Below, in pieces: positions 27,824-41,304 of a DNA stretch of 64,000 nucleotides. The stretch is taken from the NCBI GenBank assembly GCA_030770535.1, contig JASVEC010000010.1:992001-1056000 (forward strand), given 5' to 3'. Numbering within the stretch: position 1 is the first letter of the stretch; every line of letters begins with the position of its first letter. This DNA is from Batkoa obscura (lineage: Eukaryota). The position numbers and the translations under genes are program-made. The notes under the pieces were generated by a model. The model was not told the origin of the DNA. It did no database searches and saw only the letters and a program-made list of their open reading frames with translations.

Positions 27824-28871
27824 ATATAATCAATTTACTAAATTTAAGTAAAAATACCTCTGTTGCATAAAATTGAGTAATTTAAGTTATATATTATCAA
27901 TAATAAAAATTATAATATATGAATAAATATATATTTTATAAAATCTTATTGAAAAGTATACCTTATTCAATATCCATAGACCTTTACTTTGATAGCTATT
28001 TGAAATAAATAAATTGAAAAAGTTTATATCTTGTTCAAATGGTGGTGTTATTTTTTTGATATTAAATTATATTACTAATATATTACTAAGTTGAAAATTA
28101 GCTGCATAAGAGTGATTGGCTTTAAAACTAATGTTTTAAAGGAAGTAGGAAATAAAAGCTAATAAATAATATTATTATCAATTATAGCTTTAGCATATTC
28201 TTTTGATAAATATAAATATAAAAGTTTTAGACTCAGTATTGTAAAATCTGATACTTGGTGGTTGGAGTCAAAAGCAGCTTTTGCTTGGTTGGCTAGCTGT
28301 AAGCCAAAAGGCCTTAGTTTATGTGACTAAGATAGAGTTGAATTATGAAGAACAATACGTAATATGCTACAGACTATGCAAGACAAATAGAATAGATAAT
28401 ACTATTGTAAAATCCACGTAAAATATTATTACAAAGATTTAATGGCTTTATTAAAGGTACGACATCAGGTAATAATTTAATTAAAAAGCCTCGAGTTACA
28501 TTGAAGAATATCTTTTATATTTCAACAAGTATGGATATCAAAACAGAGAGATAATCTCCCTTGGAATCACATGACAGAAATTATCATAGCAAACCAAAAT
28601 AAAAGCTTGGGATTGATTGTGCTTGAGCTTGAGAACACAGTAACTTAAACTATTGTTATGCTATAATCAATCATAAAGCTGTCAAAGCGATATTTCACAA
28701 TATAAACAAAAACTAATATAATTATTTTTAAATAATTATTAATAATAAAACATAAATATTATCAAATATTATCAAAAATGTAAAAAATTAAAAATGAGCA
28801 AATTAAAATTATTATATAATATTTACTTGATAAAATCACTTTCTTAAATAAAAGCAAAAAAAAATATATAT

Positions 28872-28960
28872 AGGGCATTTTTTTGACTTTACTTTTTCAT
28901 TATTAATCGCTATCTGAGTAGAAAGATTGTTACTAAAATTCTTGAACGAAATATATTTAC
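28872..28960 (+). mobile_element. MITE family A copy (degenerate)
   Basis: Core ATCGCTATCTGAGTAGAAAGATTGTTACTAAAATTCTTG; flanks ATAT/ATAT. Confidence 0.75.
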
Positions 28961-29167
28961 ATATAACAAACATCTTGACACTATAAAAAATAAAACGATA
29001 GCTAAGTTATTGTTTTTTAGATATATACTAAGCAGTTTTAAAAAAACAGTAAGAAAAACATATTTACATAGTATATGTATCTAGTATATAAAAAAATAAA
29101 ATAAAAAAATAAAGCAAAAACAAGAAAGTACTTTAAGAAAAGGTTTGTAATTTTATAAACTTTATAT

Positions 29168-29264
29168 GGGGGTGTTTTTTTGTGTTTAAGAATTTTACTA
29201 ACAACTTTCTACTCAAATAGTGCTTAAAAAATGGAAAAATAATCAAATCAAAAAAAACATCCCC
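29168..29264 (-). mobile_element. MITE family A copy
   Basis: GGGGGTGT...ACATCCCC; TSD ATAT/ATAT. Confidence 0.9.
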
Positions 29265-29276
29265 ATATTAATACTT

Positions 29277-29366
29277 GAGGGTTTTTGTTCAAGAATTTTA
29301 GTAACAATCTTTCCACTCAAATAGCGATTAAAAATGAAAAAGTAATAAAGCTAGAAAAACATCCTC
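29277..29366 (-). mobile_element. MITE family A copy, 12 bp from the previous copy
   Basis: GAGGGT...ACATCCTC; flanks ACTT/ATTT. Confidence 0.85.
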
Positions 29367-29782
29367 ATTTTGTATTTAAAAAATAATAAGTAACCAAAGT
29401 TTATTTCAATTATTTATTTAAAATATTAGATTATAATTTAGCATGTAGAGGAAATTATTTAGTTAATTTGTATTTAAAAAACTTTTATTTAAGAAGTTTA
29501 TAAAAATTAATACATAAGCAGATATAATAAACTATTTCGAATAATATAATTTTTTTTGTTAAATATTATAAATAATAATTAATAAAAAATTTAAATATCT
29601 TTTGTAATATAAAAATAGTTTTAAAGCATTAAGTAAAATAAAAAATATTAATTAATTTAATTATTAATAACAAGAAAACAGGCATAATTTTTAAGGAATA
29701 TAAAAAAATAATAGGAATATAAGTTGTTAAAAAGCATTTGAATTTTATTAAACATAATAAACTACATTATGATTCAGTATTT

Positions 29783-29883
29783 GGGAATATTTTTTCTGGC
29801 TTCATTGCTTTTTCCATCCTTTAAGCACTATTTGAGTGGAAATTTTATTAGTAAAATTCTTGAACCTAAAAATACATCCCCCC
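29783..29883 (+). mobile_element. MITE family A copy
   Basis: GGGAATAT...ACATCCCCCC; TSD ATTT/ATTT. Confidence 0.9.
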
Positions 29884-30097
29884 ATTTGGTAAATGAATAA
29901 AAAGTGATATGGTTTTAATTAAAGTTATAGAGTTTGTGAAGAATAAAAAAACTGAAAGATCAACTCTAACTTATTTTGTAAAAATAAGAGAAAAGTTCAA
30001 AGTTTTAATATTTACTAAGCAAGTAAATAATTTATTAAATATTAATGTTATTCAAGTTATTAATAATTAAGTTAATAAATAACTAGAAAGCAAATAT

Positions 30098-30191
30098 GAG
30101 TGCTTTTTTGACTTCATTACTTTTTTGATTTTTAATCGTTATTTTACTGGAAAGATGATAGTAAAATTCTTAAGCAAAAAAATACATCTCT
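30098..30191 (+). mobile_element. MITE family A copy (degenerate)
   Basis: GAGTGC...ACATCTCT with family core. Confidence 0.8.
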
Positions 30192-30459
30192 AAATAAATA
30201 ATAAATAGAAACTGTTATTATATTATTTATATTATATAAAGGCAATTAATTATAGGTTTAGGACTAATTATACCTCTTGTGCAGCTATCTATTAACTTAG
30301 TAATACATTAATAATATAATTATAGCATTAAATTTATTTATTTGATAGCAAATCTGCAATTAACTATAAGCAGTCAATAATAAATATTTCCAAAGTTTTT
30401 AAAAATAAAATATTTAAAAATTGGATAAAAAAATGAAATCAATTTAAACATCTTTATAT

Positions 30460-30559
30460 GGGGGTGTTTTTTTTGGTTTCATCACTTTTTCCATTTTTCA
30501 AACGCTATTTGAGTAGAATAATTACTGATAAAAACTCTTAGACAAAAAAACACATCCCC
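30460..30559 (+). mobile_element. MITE family A copy
   Basis: GGGGGTGT...ACATCCCC; TSD ATAT/ATAT. Confidence 0.9.
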
Positions 30560-31831
30560 ATATATTAAAAGTAAGTAATTCAATTAATATGAAAGCTTTA
30601 GATATGTTATATATAATGTATATAATTAATTTCAAAAATTTTTAACTTATACTTTTCCTAAACTTTCCATTCTGCAAACTTACCTCCATTTATATTACTA
30701 TTTAATCATACATAAATGCAGATAACAATAAATTATTTGATCTTCATTAAAAAAGTTCTAGAATTATTTTCAACAGAATTTATCTGAGGAGATATTGATT
30801 TTGTTCTTTTATAAAAATCCATTTTATCATATCAATCAATATTAAATAATAACAGTATAAATATGGGTAATTACTAATAACTCTATATAATTTATTATAG
30901 AATAAACACATCAAACCATTGTTATATCAACAATTATTTAACATTTGTCATTCTTAACAAATAATTATTTTATCTTGCCATATTTTATAAATCAATAATT
31001 CTTATATAATCTAACTCGTATCATTTTTTTATAAGGTAAAAAGGCTTTTAAGCTGATTTATCGGAAAATTAAATGATTTCTAAATTTCTTACACAAAAAA
31101 TAAGCTTAAACTCAGAACCAGTTAAATTAGAAATCATCTATTTTTAGTAAATTTAATTCAGAACATCTCCTTGGCCAGCAAGACTTATTTGAATCCCTTG
31201 GTTATTTCGCAAGATAACTGATATTGTACCAAAAGATATTCAAGTCACTTATAATTCATAGACAGGAAGATCATTGTTTGATACCTGAGATGCCAAATTA
31301 AACACTAATATTTTTTAAAACTATATTAATATATTAGTTCATCTTAAACAAACTTAATTAATTAATGAGGAAAATAGTTGACTTTTTATAAATATGATGG
31401 TATGAGTTGCACTATCAACTATCTTAATTAAATAATTAAAGTAAAGTTTACTGCCATCTTTATGACTTTTGAACGTCATTATCGTCCCTAATCTTATTTA
31501 GTAACTTGGTATTAAGGAGATAATTTTCTCTTTAGTTCATTTAGGTCCAAAAAAATTATCCCGCTCCACTTTATGTGATTGAAATTTTAGAATCATTAAG
31601 ATTTAAGTATGATTTCATTGGCTAAGATAAAACCCCAGCGTTTATTAATTAGTTATTCTAGTTATAGGAACCAATAATCGAAGTTGATGCTTTTTAAGAC
31701 TACTAAATTTAGTAATCATAATATTAATAAAAAAAAGCATTGGTTGAGGTAATATATAAAGGAGATTAAATTCAACTAGAACTCGAACAAAAATCTCATT
31801 ATTTAATAATTAATCCAATATTTTTTTACAA

Positions 31832-32563
31832 ATGTTAACTTCAAGACCATTAGATCATACTGAAGACGCCATAAAGTACGGGCGAACTAGATCCTTATCT
31901 ATCAATAGACCAACCAGTATCCAGCCTTCATTTTTAATTAAACCTAGCTTTTTACCCGCTTGTAAAAAAGTAACTGAAGATTCTTGGTTGCAATTGGATT
32001 TTTATAATGAAGCTTTATTTGGTTGTAATTGGAAAATTAAAGACAAATCCAAGAATACATTACTTAAATTTAAGTTTGAAACTATAGAATCCGCTTTATT
32101 AAGTACAAAGGATAAGAGTGAGATCTTGGCGAAGATCAGCAACAAAAGGATCAATTCTCAAAAATTCTATATTTCTCTTGTAAATAATAACAAACTACAA
32201 TTACCCAACCATAGTCGTAGCAAGAGTATAGGTTATTTTTCAAATCAATCTGAGGCAAATTCCAATATTTTAACCTTCACAAATCCTTACCAAACAGATT
32301 ATCATTTAAAGATAGCAGATAGAGAGTACTCTTGGCAACCATTATTGGTTAATTCCGACTGGGTTTTAGTACCTGTATGTAAGAATGCGGAAGATAAAAA
32401 AGATTCACCTATGCCATTAGCTAGATTTAAAAGAAAGGTACTAAATCCTTGTTTTGGAACATTAAATTTGCATTGTTCTTTTTCAACAGATGATATTCAT
32501 GTTATCTTATTAAGCTTAGCTTATATCTTTTACCGTCATTTAAAAAAACCTTATGATAATTAA
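31832..32563 (+). CDS. Hypothetical 243-aa protein, possibly tubby-C/LURP-one/DUF6593-like fold
   Basis: Intronless ORF with TATATAAA ~80 nt upstream; pattern REYSW...PLARFKRK...GTLNL...DDIHVILLSLAYI suggests a beta-barrel plus a terminal hydrophobic helix. Confidence 0.6.
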   Translation: MLTSRPLDHTEDAIKYGRTRSLSINRPTSIQPSFLIKPSFLPACKKVTEDSWLQLDFYNEALFGCNWKIKDKSKNTLLKFKFETIESALLSTKDKSEILAKISNKRINSQKFYISLVNNNKLQLPNHSRSKSIGYFSNQSEANSNILTFTNPYQTDYHLKIADREYSWQPLLVNSDWVLVPVCKNAEDKKDSPMPLARFKRKVLNPCFGTLNLHCSFSTDDIHVILLSLAYIFYRHLKKPYDN

Positions 32564-33888
32564 GCATTGTTCTTGTTATCATTTTTATTCTCTGTGTTTT
32601 CTATAGTTACTTAATATTAAAAGTTAGTTGATTTTATCTTTTTGTATTTTTGATTTTACCATGATGTGATTTTTTATTTTTTATTTTTAACACTACTTGA
32701 TAATGACTACCAAGAAATAATGACCATATTTTTTAACTACAAGAGCTTCGTACAAATATGCTCACCAAACCATCATCATGGCAAAATCAAATTGATGAAT
32801 ATCTTAAAATGCACTTAAATTAAGCTGCAACTTTAATTATTTTTGCAATATTTAATTTTACCGTTATAAAAAATATGCCCACTTTACAATTTCTTCAGTT
32901 CTTTACAGTTTGCCCATTTACCCATTTCTTATTTTTATTTAAAAACGCAATAAATTTTGCCCATTTTCTCAATTTGCCATTTTCCCAAAAATTTACTCTT
33001 GAACAATATGCCCATTTTCTAAAAAAGCCACTTGCTTAATATCCAAATTTTATTACTTCTCAAAGTGTCTACATAAACTCTTGCCCACCTTTCCCGCTTT
33101 TTATTTATAACTTACCCTCCTTTTTAGTTACCAAAAAAATGGCCGTTCATCCATTCTTTTTAATCCAAATTCATGCTATTCAAACCACAATAATATAGCT
33201 ACCGCAACTCTAATGTGATCTAACCTGTGGTAAGTTTTAGAGTTATTTATTTATTCTCTTAAGCTAAAATTTTTAGATTTTGACCTAATTTTATCTTTTA
33301 AATAAACAGTTAACTAAGTCACAATAAAGTTACAGCATCTGTAATTAGAGATTTTATAAAAAACGAATTGAGGCAAATGATTAAGGATTAAGGTGTAAAA
33401 TAATAGAGAAAATTGATAGGATTTTATATTGATCTGATTCATTTTTTGTCAGATAGAGGAAATGAGGGATAATGAAGCTCAGAAAAGAGTTTATATTGTC
33501 CGAATTTCTGGTAGTATATAAAATAATACACTATAGCACTATGTTGTAAAAGTAATCTATTGTAATAATAAAGAAACAGGAATCGAAAATTGAGTAATTA
33601 TAATATCATAATTATTGCTCAGATTAATTTAAATCATTTTTGTTATAAATAAATTGGTACAAGTATATTTAGTTTTATCCCCAAATAAGCTTAATAAATC
33701 TCAGTTAGTAATAAAAATAGCCATTAATGAAGAATTACTCTAATTTGATTGGGGCTTTGAATTAACATTTATAAAAGAACGTTTACCGTTTATTTATTAA
33801 TTTTAATTTTTTTTAGTAAACAACTTTTTTAATTCTTTTCTCTTAATTTTATCTTTCTAAATAATCTAAAAAAAATTTTGATAAAAAG

Positions 33889-35178
33889 ATGAATCTATTT
33901 AAAAATAATCCATGGGTAAATCAAAACACAATAAATATACTCAATCATTAATCAACTAACATTAATTTCGACTTATTAGAAAAAATCGTATAATCAATAT
34001 ATATTTATCTTAGTATCAATTACTCAAGCCATTATTGTTATTGCTTTAGAAGGTGTTTTATATGGAATGATAGTGAATAATAGCTCGATTCAAGAACAAA
34101 AGAATCCGGTAGGGGCTAGGAGTACTGCTGATTTCAATAAGGCAGATGGAACTGTTAGGTCTGTTCAAATTTATATGATATTGTTTATGCTTTCACAAGT
34201 ATTCCAAGTGATCTTCATTATTGAATCGGTAAAGTTTAAATTGCTAATTTTGTTAAAATTATGAGATCTTAACTCATTATACTGTTATTTAGGTTTACTT
34301 TAAAAATATACTACAAATATTTGCTATCTTAGTATTCAATCTGATGACCATGATTTATGCAATATTCCAATATACTCAGGTGCAAAGTATAATCATCCAA
34401 GACAAAATTAGACTTATTGTTGGTTTGTTGGCTGGATTTATAGCTTTAGGTCAATTACTTTTATTCTTTTTCGGTTATAAATTATATCAAGAATTTGGTT
34501 GGTATATTTACAAAGTACTTGGCGCGGATATTGGTATGAGAAGTAAGTATACGTTATCAAAAACTTCAAATTAATATATTGATGTTTATATTTACTTAGG
34601 AATGCTTATATATTATTATACTTTCTTAATGGCTTTAAAATTCTCCATCTTTTTTGCTATTGGATTTTTGACTCAATTTTTAGTGTTTTCTTTATACGAT
34701 AGTACAACTGAATTAGCCACCACAGTAGCAGCATTTCCAATTGCCTTAGTGATTATTTACCTTGGTGTTATTGGCGTACAAAGAGAAAATAAATATTTGT
34801 TGGGATTTACTTTAGGAGGATTTGTTTTAGTGATGGCTTATTTTGCTTACAAAATAGTAAGGTTCTGGACAAGGGATCTATACAATGAGTATAAATATTT
34901 TTTAACTTGGTTTGGTAAGAGAGGTTATAAAGGATATTTGGGATTATAATATTAATATATTTATTTTTAGCTGTGTTGGCCTTGTTGGATATCGTTGGTA
35001 GCTTTATATTTGGAACACTTTGCTTTAGAAACTTTGATAAGGGATTAAAGAATTATAGTAAGTATCAATTAGGAGTATAACCATAATGACAATGATTAAT
35101 CCTTTTTTAGTTCATGACAAAGGATTAAAGCCTACAGAAACTAAAGAAGAAGGGGTTATTGATTTAGCGGATGATTAA
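33889..35178 (+). CDS. Multi-pass membrane protein, UPF0658 Golgi membrane protein-like (6 exons)
   Basis: Multiple TM helices; YQEFGWYIYKVLGADIGMR and CFRNFDKGLK motifs; GT-AG introns join the ORF-track fragments. Confidence 0.75.
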
Positions 35179-35336
35179 TTGATCAAGTGTTACTATGATA
35201 GTGTGAGAATATAAAATATTAGTTAATTATTTATTCCGGTTTTAATTTATCAATCCAAAGCAGCATTTTTCTTTATAATCTTAGTCGTCTATCTTAAAAT
35301 AAAACATTGATTTTTTGTATAAACAAACTATAATTT

Positions 35337-35435
35337 GAGGATGTTTTTTCTGGCTTCATTATTTTTTCCATCTTTCAAACACTATTTGAGCAGAAAGATT
35401 GTTAGTAAAATTCTTAAACAAAAAAATATACCTCT
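35337..35435 (+). mobile_element. MITE family A copy
   Basis: GAGGATGT...ATACCTCT; TSD ATTT/ATTT. Confidence 0.9.
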
Positions 35436-36645
35436 ATTTAGTAAATACTTGAAACAAGTTGTGGTTATTTTATAAGTGATAGTAGTTCTTCAATATAAGT
35501 TTTTGATATTTTTTATCCTTGCCTTGAAAAGATAACGTGTTGGTATTTGTATTGTTTTGGAATACTCATTTTATGAAAGCATTAACTAAAATAAAACGAG
35601 ATAACCCAAGCTCAGAGTTCAATTATTTACAGTATTATTTTAAAAATTCTATTTTATCTCTTAAAACGCTGTCTCGAAAAATTCAACCTTTATAGTAATT
35701 TTACAACAAATTGCTTAATCCATCTCTTTATAAAGCCTAGGCCAATATTCAATCATCACTATATAGCGTAAACTTAATTTTCTATATACTACTTAGTTCA
35801 CTGTGTTCACCAAAGATTCCCGAAACTTTTACTTCTTTAGCTATGAAGCTAATGCTGATATATAAACCTTTTGCTCTTATTATACCTATAAGTAGGTAAG
35901 TTAGAATGATATAGTGTCAGTAGTATTAGAGATGTAATTATCACATGAAATTTTTTAGAATATAAGGATATTACTTATTTATAAAGTACAGAATTATTTT
36001 AGTTCAAGAGTTGTGAGAATAGCCATTTTCTATATAATTACAAAGTTTGATTGGTTTTTTAATGGTATTATTAGGAGTATTATACTATCGGCATTACCAA
36101 TTATAAATGTGATAATTCGCCAGAGAGTAACCAAATCATTAGAATATTGTTAGTGATACTGTAATTAAACAAACTGATTGACAGATTGTTTATTAAGGAT
36201 CCCATTTTTTGATAGAATTTTATGGCTATGGTAGGTAGTGTTTATCTATTAAATTGTTTAAAATGCTCCAGTACAAATTCACGCGCATAAAAAATGTTCA
36301 GTTTTTGGTTGTAGCAGTAAACTTTTCTTAACTGGAAAAAATAAAGAATTTTACTATAAATTCCCTAGTAATGTTGAAACTAATAATCAATAGTCTATGT
36401 ATGAATTTATGTTAAGGTATTTCAAACAGCCTATTACTAACTTTAATAACTAACTGGAATCCGAAAGAGCCTTTTAACTGCCAACGTGTAGCAAACATCT
36501 TAATTAAACTATAGGATAGTAATTAACAAACATTATGAAAGGATTCAATTATCAACTAGATTCTTCTATGTTACTAGTTTATAAGCAAAAACTATCAATG
36601 GTTAGTTGTAGTTCTATTTTTTATATTTAAAAGTGAGAATTATGT

Positions 36646-36738
36646 GGAGATGTTTTTTCTGGCTTCATTACTTTTCCGTTTTAAGCATTATTTGAGCGGA
36701 AAAATTATTAGTAAAATCCTTACACAAAAATACGTTCC
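36646..36738 (+). mobile_element. MITE family A copy
   Basis: GGAGATGT...ACGTTCC; flanks ATGT/ATAT. Confidence 0.85.
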
Positions 36739-38156
36739 ATATTATAAGTCGATAGTGCTGGATTTTGTATTTATTGTTTATATGAATTAAAAAACAAATA
36801 ACTTGTAAAAAATTCTCAATTTATGAAGGTAGAAAAATTTAACTTGATTTAAATCAAATGTTTTTTAAGATCCTGAGAGAGTGAAGCTATTAGGAGTACT
36901 ATTGTTGAAAGTAGAATTAAGCTGTTTTATCTAAGACTTTAACTATTTGAATATATTGAAATTGATTTTGTGTCTTATTAAATAAAAATTCCTTTATATT
37001 TTCAATATAGCCGTCCATTTACAATATGTATTCTATTAGGACTACTAATAAAATCTCCTACTTTCTGGAACCTGATGTTGTATAATTGAACAAAATCAGT
37101 AAAAGTCGAATGTATTTCAGAAAGTGATGTAAAGAAGATTAACATTAAAATTATTATCAAAAAAGTTGATATATATTAAATATGAATCGAATTGTAATTA
37201 ATTAATGCATTTTATACTCATAGAAAGTATATAAGCGCTTATGTCTCTTCCTCCGGAACCTCTCTTTATTGAAATTTATTTTATATTTATTTTATATTTA
37301 TTTCTTAAATAAAGTATACGTTTAAACCTTATTAGTTGCTTTAATTTAATTAATCTAAAGTGTTAATTTTACAGCTGTTTAGTAAGGCTTTAAAACCTCC
37401 CATCTTCGCTGGTTAAGTATTGAGCTTATCTTGTTTCGCTCTATATCAGACTATCAGCTGGTACGTCATTAGCTTAGGGACTTCAAAGCCTCTGAAACTT
37501 TCGTTTACAAACCTGTCATATTTAAACCCTTGTTCAAATAAATAGTGTAGCATTTTTATTACATACTATTGAAAATTTTTATTTTTATAAAACAGCATTT
37601 CAAAAAAAATTCAATACTTGTACATTTTATTTATGATCTCATCTTTTAAATTTAATAAAAAACAAAGTTTAAATTGAAAGCACATGGTAAAATTAAAGGT
37701 AAAAATTAAAGTATTTGAAAGTAATCGGAATATAAAAATTTCAAGGATTTTTCCGTGTTGAAAAATTGATAAAAAAGGGAGTCATTAATATAAGTCTGTT
37801 GTACGCATGCAACAAACGTTTAATAATATATGAAGTATTGACATCGTTGTCAAACTTCATTAGATTTTATAATAGTTTAAGGGGATAAAGTATATAAGTA
37901 TATATGATGACTCCAATTGCTTAGTGATGATGACTACTGCGATGAAATAAATGATCAAAAAAGGGACCAATCAGGGATAAAGGTTTAATAAAAGGGAACA
38001 AGTTTAAAAAATTAGTTTAAAATTCTAAGTCAAAGTCAAATTAAAGTTTTATTTTATTATTATCCAAGCTCAAACGTCGATAGCGACCTATTATTATTAT
38101 TATCTTTTGCAGATTAAGTAAGTAGATTTTATCATCCATTCAATCTTCTCAATATC

Positions 38157-39188
38157 ATGCTAAATTTAACTCTTCTTCTTAGAAACATCAACATGGCCAA
38201 TAGTTTTCCAAATTATTTTACTTCCAACGAATGGAATGTTAACGATATTGTACAAGCTTCATTAAATCACCCAAGTGATATAAGCTATCATTCAGAATCG
38301 GAATTTTCAGATGCATTAACAGAATCCACCATTTATTTAAACCCATCCAGTTTATTGCCTAATACTAGAATTGGTAATAGAATTGGTAGTAGGAAGCTTC
38401 AAAGAAGGGAAAATGGTAAGAATAAATATATAAAATAAGTTATAGTATATAAATAACTCAATGATTTATTTGTGTGAATGGAATTAAAATCAATAATTTA
38501 TATTAACCTGACCTATCCTCTATTTATTTAGATAGTTTAAAAGACCACCCATTTGCTCAATTACATCCAAAAGATATACCCCCACCAGGATATTCTATTT
38601 CAATGCCTTCATTTCATTTCATAGCTAAATATATGGAACCTATGTATCAACAAGAAATATTATTTAAAAAAAAAGAATTTAGAATTAATGGGGTAGATAA
38701 ATATAGTAAAAAAATGTTAAAAGGAATTGAAAAAAGCAAGAGATTGATTGGTGAGTTTGAAAAAGAAATTTTAGGCTTTCTGGCAAAAATAGAGGGAAGG
38801 GAAAATGAAGGAAGAAAGGGGACAGGGGAAAAAGAAGAACAATTGTTTTCAGTAAACGATTGTGTAGAGTTGGAGTTAAATGCAATATTAATTTCTTTAT
38901 TTAAAATTGAAAGAAGAAAGGATGATGAATTGGTATTAAAAGTGAGTTTAACTCATTCTTTAGATCGATTTATTCTTCATTGTACTTGTAATTACTATAA
39001 TTTATATTCAAAAAGTAAGTTTATTGTTCTCTTTCTACATTATTAAATCATTTTATAATGTGTTCATTTATTATTATTTAGGTATGGATGATAGTTGTGG
39101 TAATCGAACAGTTGAAGTTTATGAACCTAACAAAAAGGAAGGTTGGAAAAAGCCCAAAATTTCATTTTATGATTATTTATTTAAATAA
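38157..39188 (+). CDS. R3H-associated N-terminal domain plus R3H domain protein (3 exons; start may be 38193)
   Basis: GSRKLQRREN-D motif, then SLDRFILHCTCNYYNLYSKS (RxxxH) and GNRTVEV. Confidence 0.8.
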
Positions 39189-39206
39189 ACAGATAAGAAA
39201 TTATAA

Positions 39207-39270
39207 CATAATAATAATATTATAATATTATAATATTATAATAATAATCACAATAATAATATAATATTAA
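39207..39270. repeat. Imperfect (TAA)/(TAATATTA) low-complexity repeat between convergent genes
   Basis: Read directly from sequence. Confidence 0.6.
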
Positions 39271-39330
39271 CACCAATACAATATATAATATAGTATATGA
39301 TATGTAACAATTAGTTTACTTTTTTATTAA

Positions 39331-41304
39331 TTATTTTATAATAATATTCAAACCTAAATTTTTATCTTGATTAGAAAGTAATGGGGTGACTTTTGAATCT
39401 AAATTCAATTGATTATATTCATCCATTATTAGTTGCAAATTATTAATTTGTTGATTATTAGTATCTATATAAATTATAAATACAGCATCATAACCACCAG
39501 CTATAAAGGAGAGTTAAGTAGAAGGAATTAATATAAATAAATAAATGGTTTTGTTAGTAAGTTCATAATAATATATTTATAAATATAAGATTCTATTTTA
39601 CCTCCTGGTACACCACCAAATATAGAACCTGGTAACTTTAATAGTTGATTTAATAATTGAGTTTGTTCAAAAGGTTCAATAGGTACATTGGCAAAGTTCG
39701 AAATCAATTTTAATTGATGACGTATATTCTATTATAAAATGAGTTAATAATTCAATAATTAATAATCAAAGTAAATCTTAATTACTTGAAATGTATTTGA
39801 TAATTGATAAATTATTTCAGTTACAGTAGTTGAATTATTTTCAATTTCAATTTCATTATCTTGTTTCTATTATATAATAATAAAATGGAATTAGATGAAT
39901 ATACATAAAACAAAGTAAATTAATCTCACTTTAAATATTATTTTATCTTGTAATTGTAGTAATTGATTCAAATACATTTCTTTATCATTTTCATAACACT
40001 TAACTAATTTATCCAACAAATCACTCATTAAATTGTTATACCCGTTTAACTTAGTATAGATTTCAGTTGCTAAAGTATAATTTTAAAATTCATAATTTAA
40101 TAATAACTAGTATATTTACTAACCTTGTTCAAAGTTTTCTTTCTTCCATTTCAATACTTTTGAGACCATAGAAGGTGTATTAGAACCGGTATTAACTTCC
40201 CCAAGTGCCAATTTGAAATAAGGTGGTAATTGAAATTTACTGATAACAAAACCCCAATTGAAATCATTAATACATTCAATAAACTTGAGATTATTAAATG
40301 TCTAACAAAAAATATTAAATTCATATTAATAAAGTCATTTTGAACATTAAGAAGAAATATAACAGTATTATAAACAGTATGTTACTAAAAATAATTAATA
40401 CTTACTTCTTCATTTAATATAAGACTTAACTTATCTGTTGGAAATCGATTATATTTAATCGAACCAAATAGTGCAGCAGCTACATCAAATCCAGATCCAA
40501 TTTTACCTTGTGCTTTACAATGTGCAAATTGAGCTAAATTATGAGCTAAATTCAAAAATGAATTATTGTCTTCTTTCTTATGTTCTTTTTCTATTTCTCC
40601 TATTTGCTTTTCAAACCATTTTAATACAGCTGCTGTCAAAGAAGCTACTAAACAAGCTGATGATCCCAATCCAGTTTTAGATACCTTTTCTAACATACCG
40701 CCAATTTTACTTTGTGGTTTTAATGATTTTAAATTGGAATAACTAGCTGTTAAATTCAGTTGTTCTAATTGTTTAGTTTGGGAGTAAAAATCATTATCTG
40801 CTGATAAATGGATTTCAATTTGTTTTGAAAATAAATTTAAAAGTGAAATTGAATTTTCGGAGAAATAATCATATACAGTTTTCAATGTTTGATATACAAA
40901 TTTATTGTTATTATTATTGTCATTTAGTTCACTTAGTAAAAAAATTAATAATTTATTATTATTATTATTATTATTATTATCATTTAAACTTAAATTAAAT
41001 TAAATTATAAATACAATATAACTTACCATTCCATCAATCCATTTTCAGTGAATTTATAATACCATGGTAAATTATCAAATTGTGTTGCTAACACTTTGAT
41101 ATTATAATCTAAATCTTTTTTTGATTTTTTAGATAGATTTGAGTTTTCTATAATAGTAGTATAAAACCTGGCTTCTGTTGTTAATACTAAACCTTGATAT
41201 TCTTTTTCTAATACAAGATAACCACCGGTTAATAACACTTTTCCTGGACAACTAGCTGTGATTTTAGTTGAAATAGATGTTGAGGTGTCTACAACGGATG
41301 TCAT
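39331..41304 (-). CDS. ERG8: Phosphomevalonate kinase (multi-exon)
   Basis: ASCPGKVLLTGGYLVL, KTGLGSSA, AHCKAQGKIGSGFDVAAA, GSNTPSMV, VPIEP, GVPGAGGYDA. Confidence 0.95.
40954..40980. repeat. (TTA)n microsatellite in ERG8 intron 1
   Basis: About 9 perfect units. Confidence 0.85.

Noticed and set aside
29168..30559. Clustered ~100-bp repeats as a CRISPR-like or satellite array
   Set aside because: Copies are dispersed, in both orientations, irregularly spaced and bounded by TIRs and TSDs; the genome is eukaryotic
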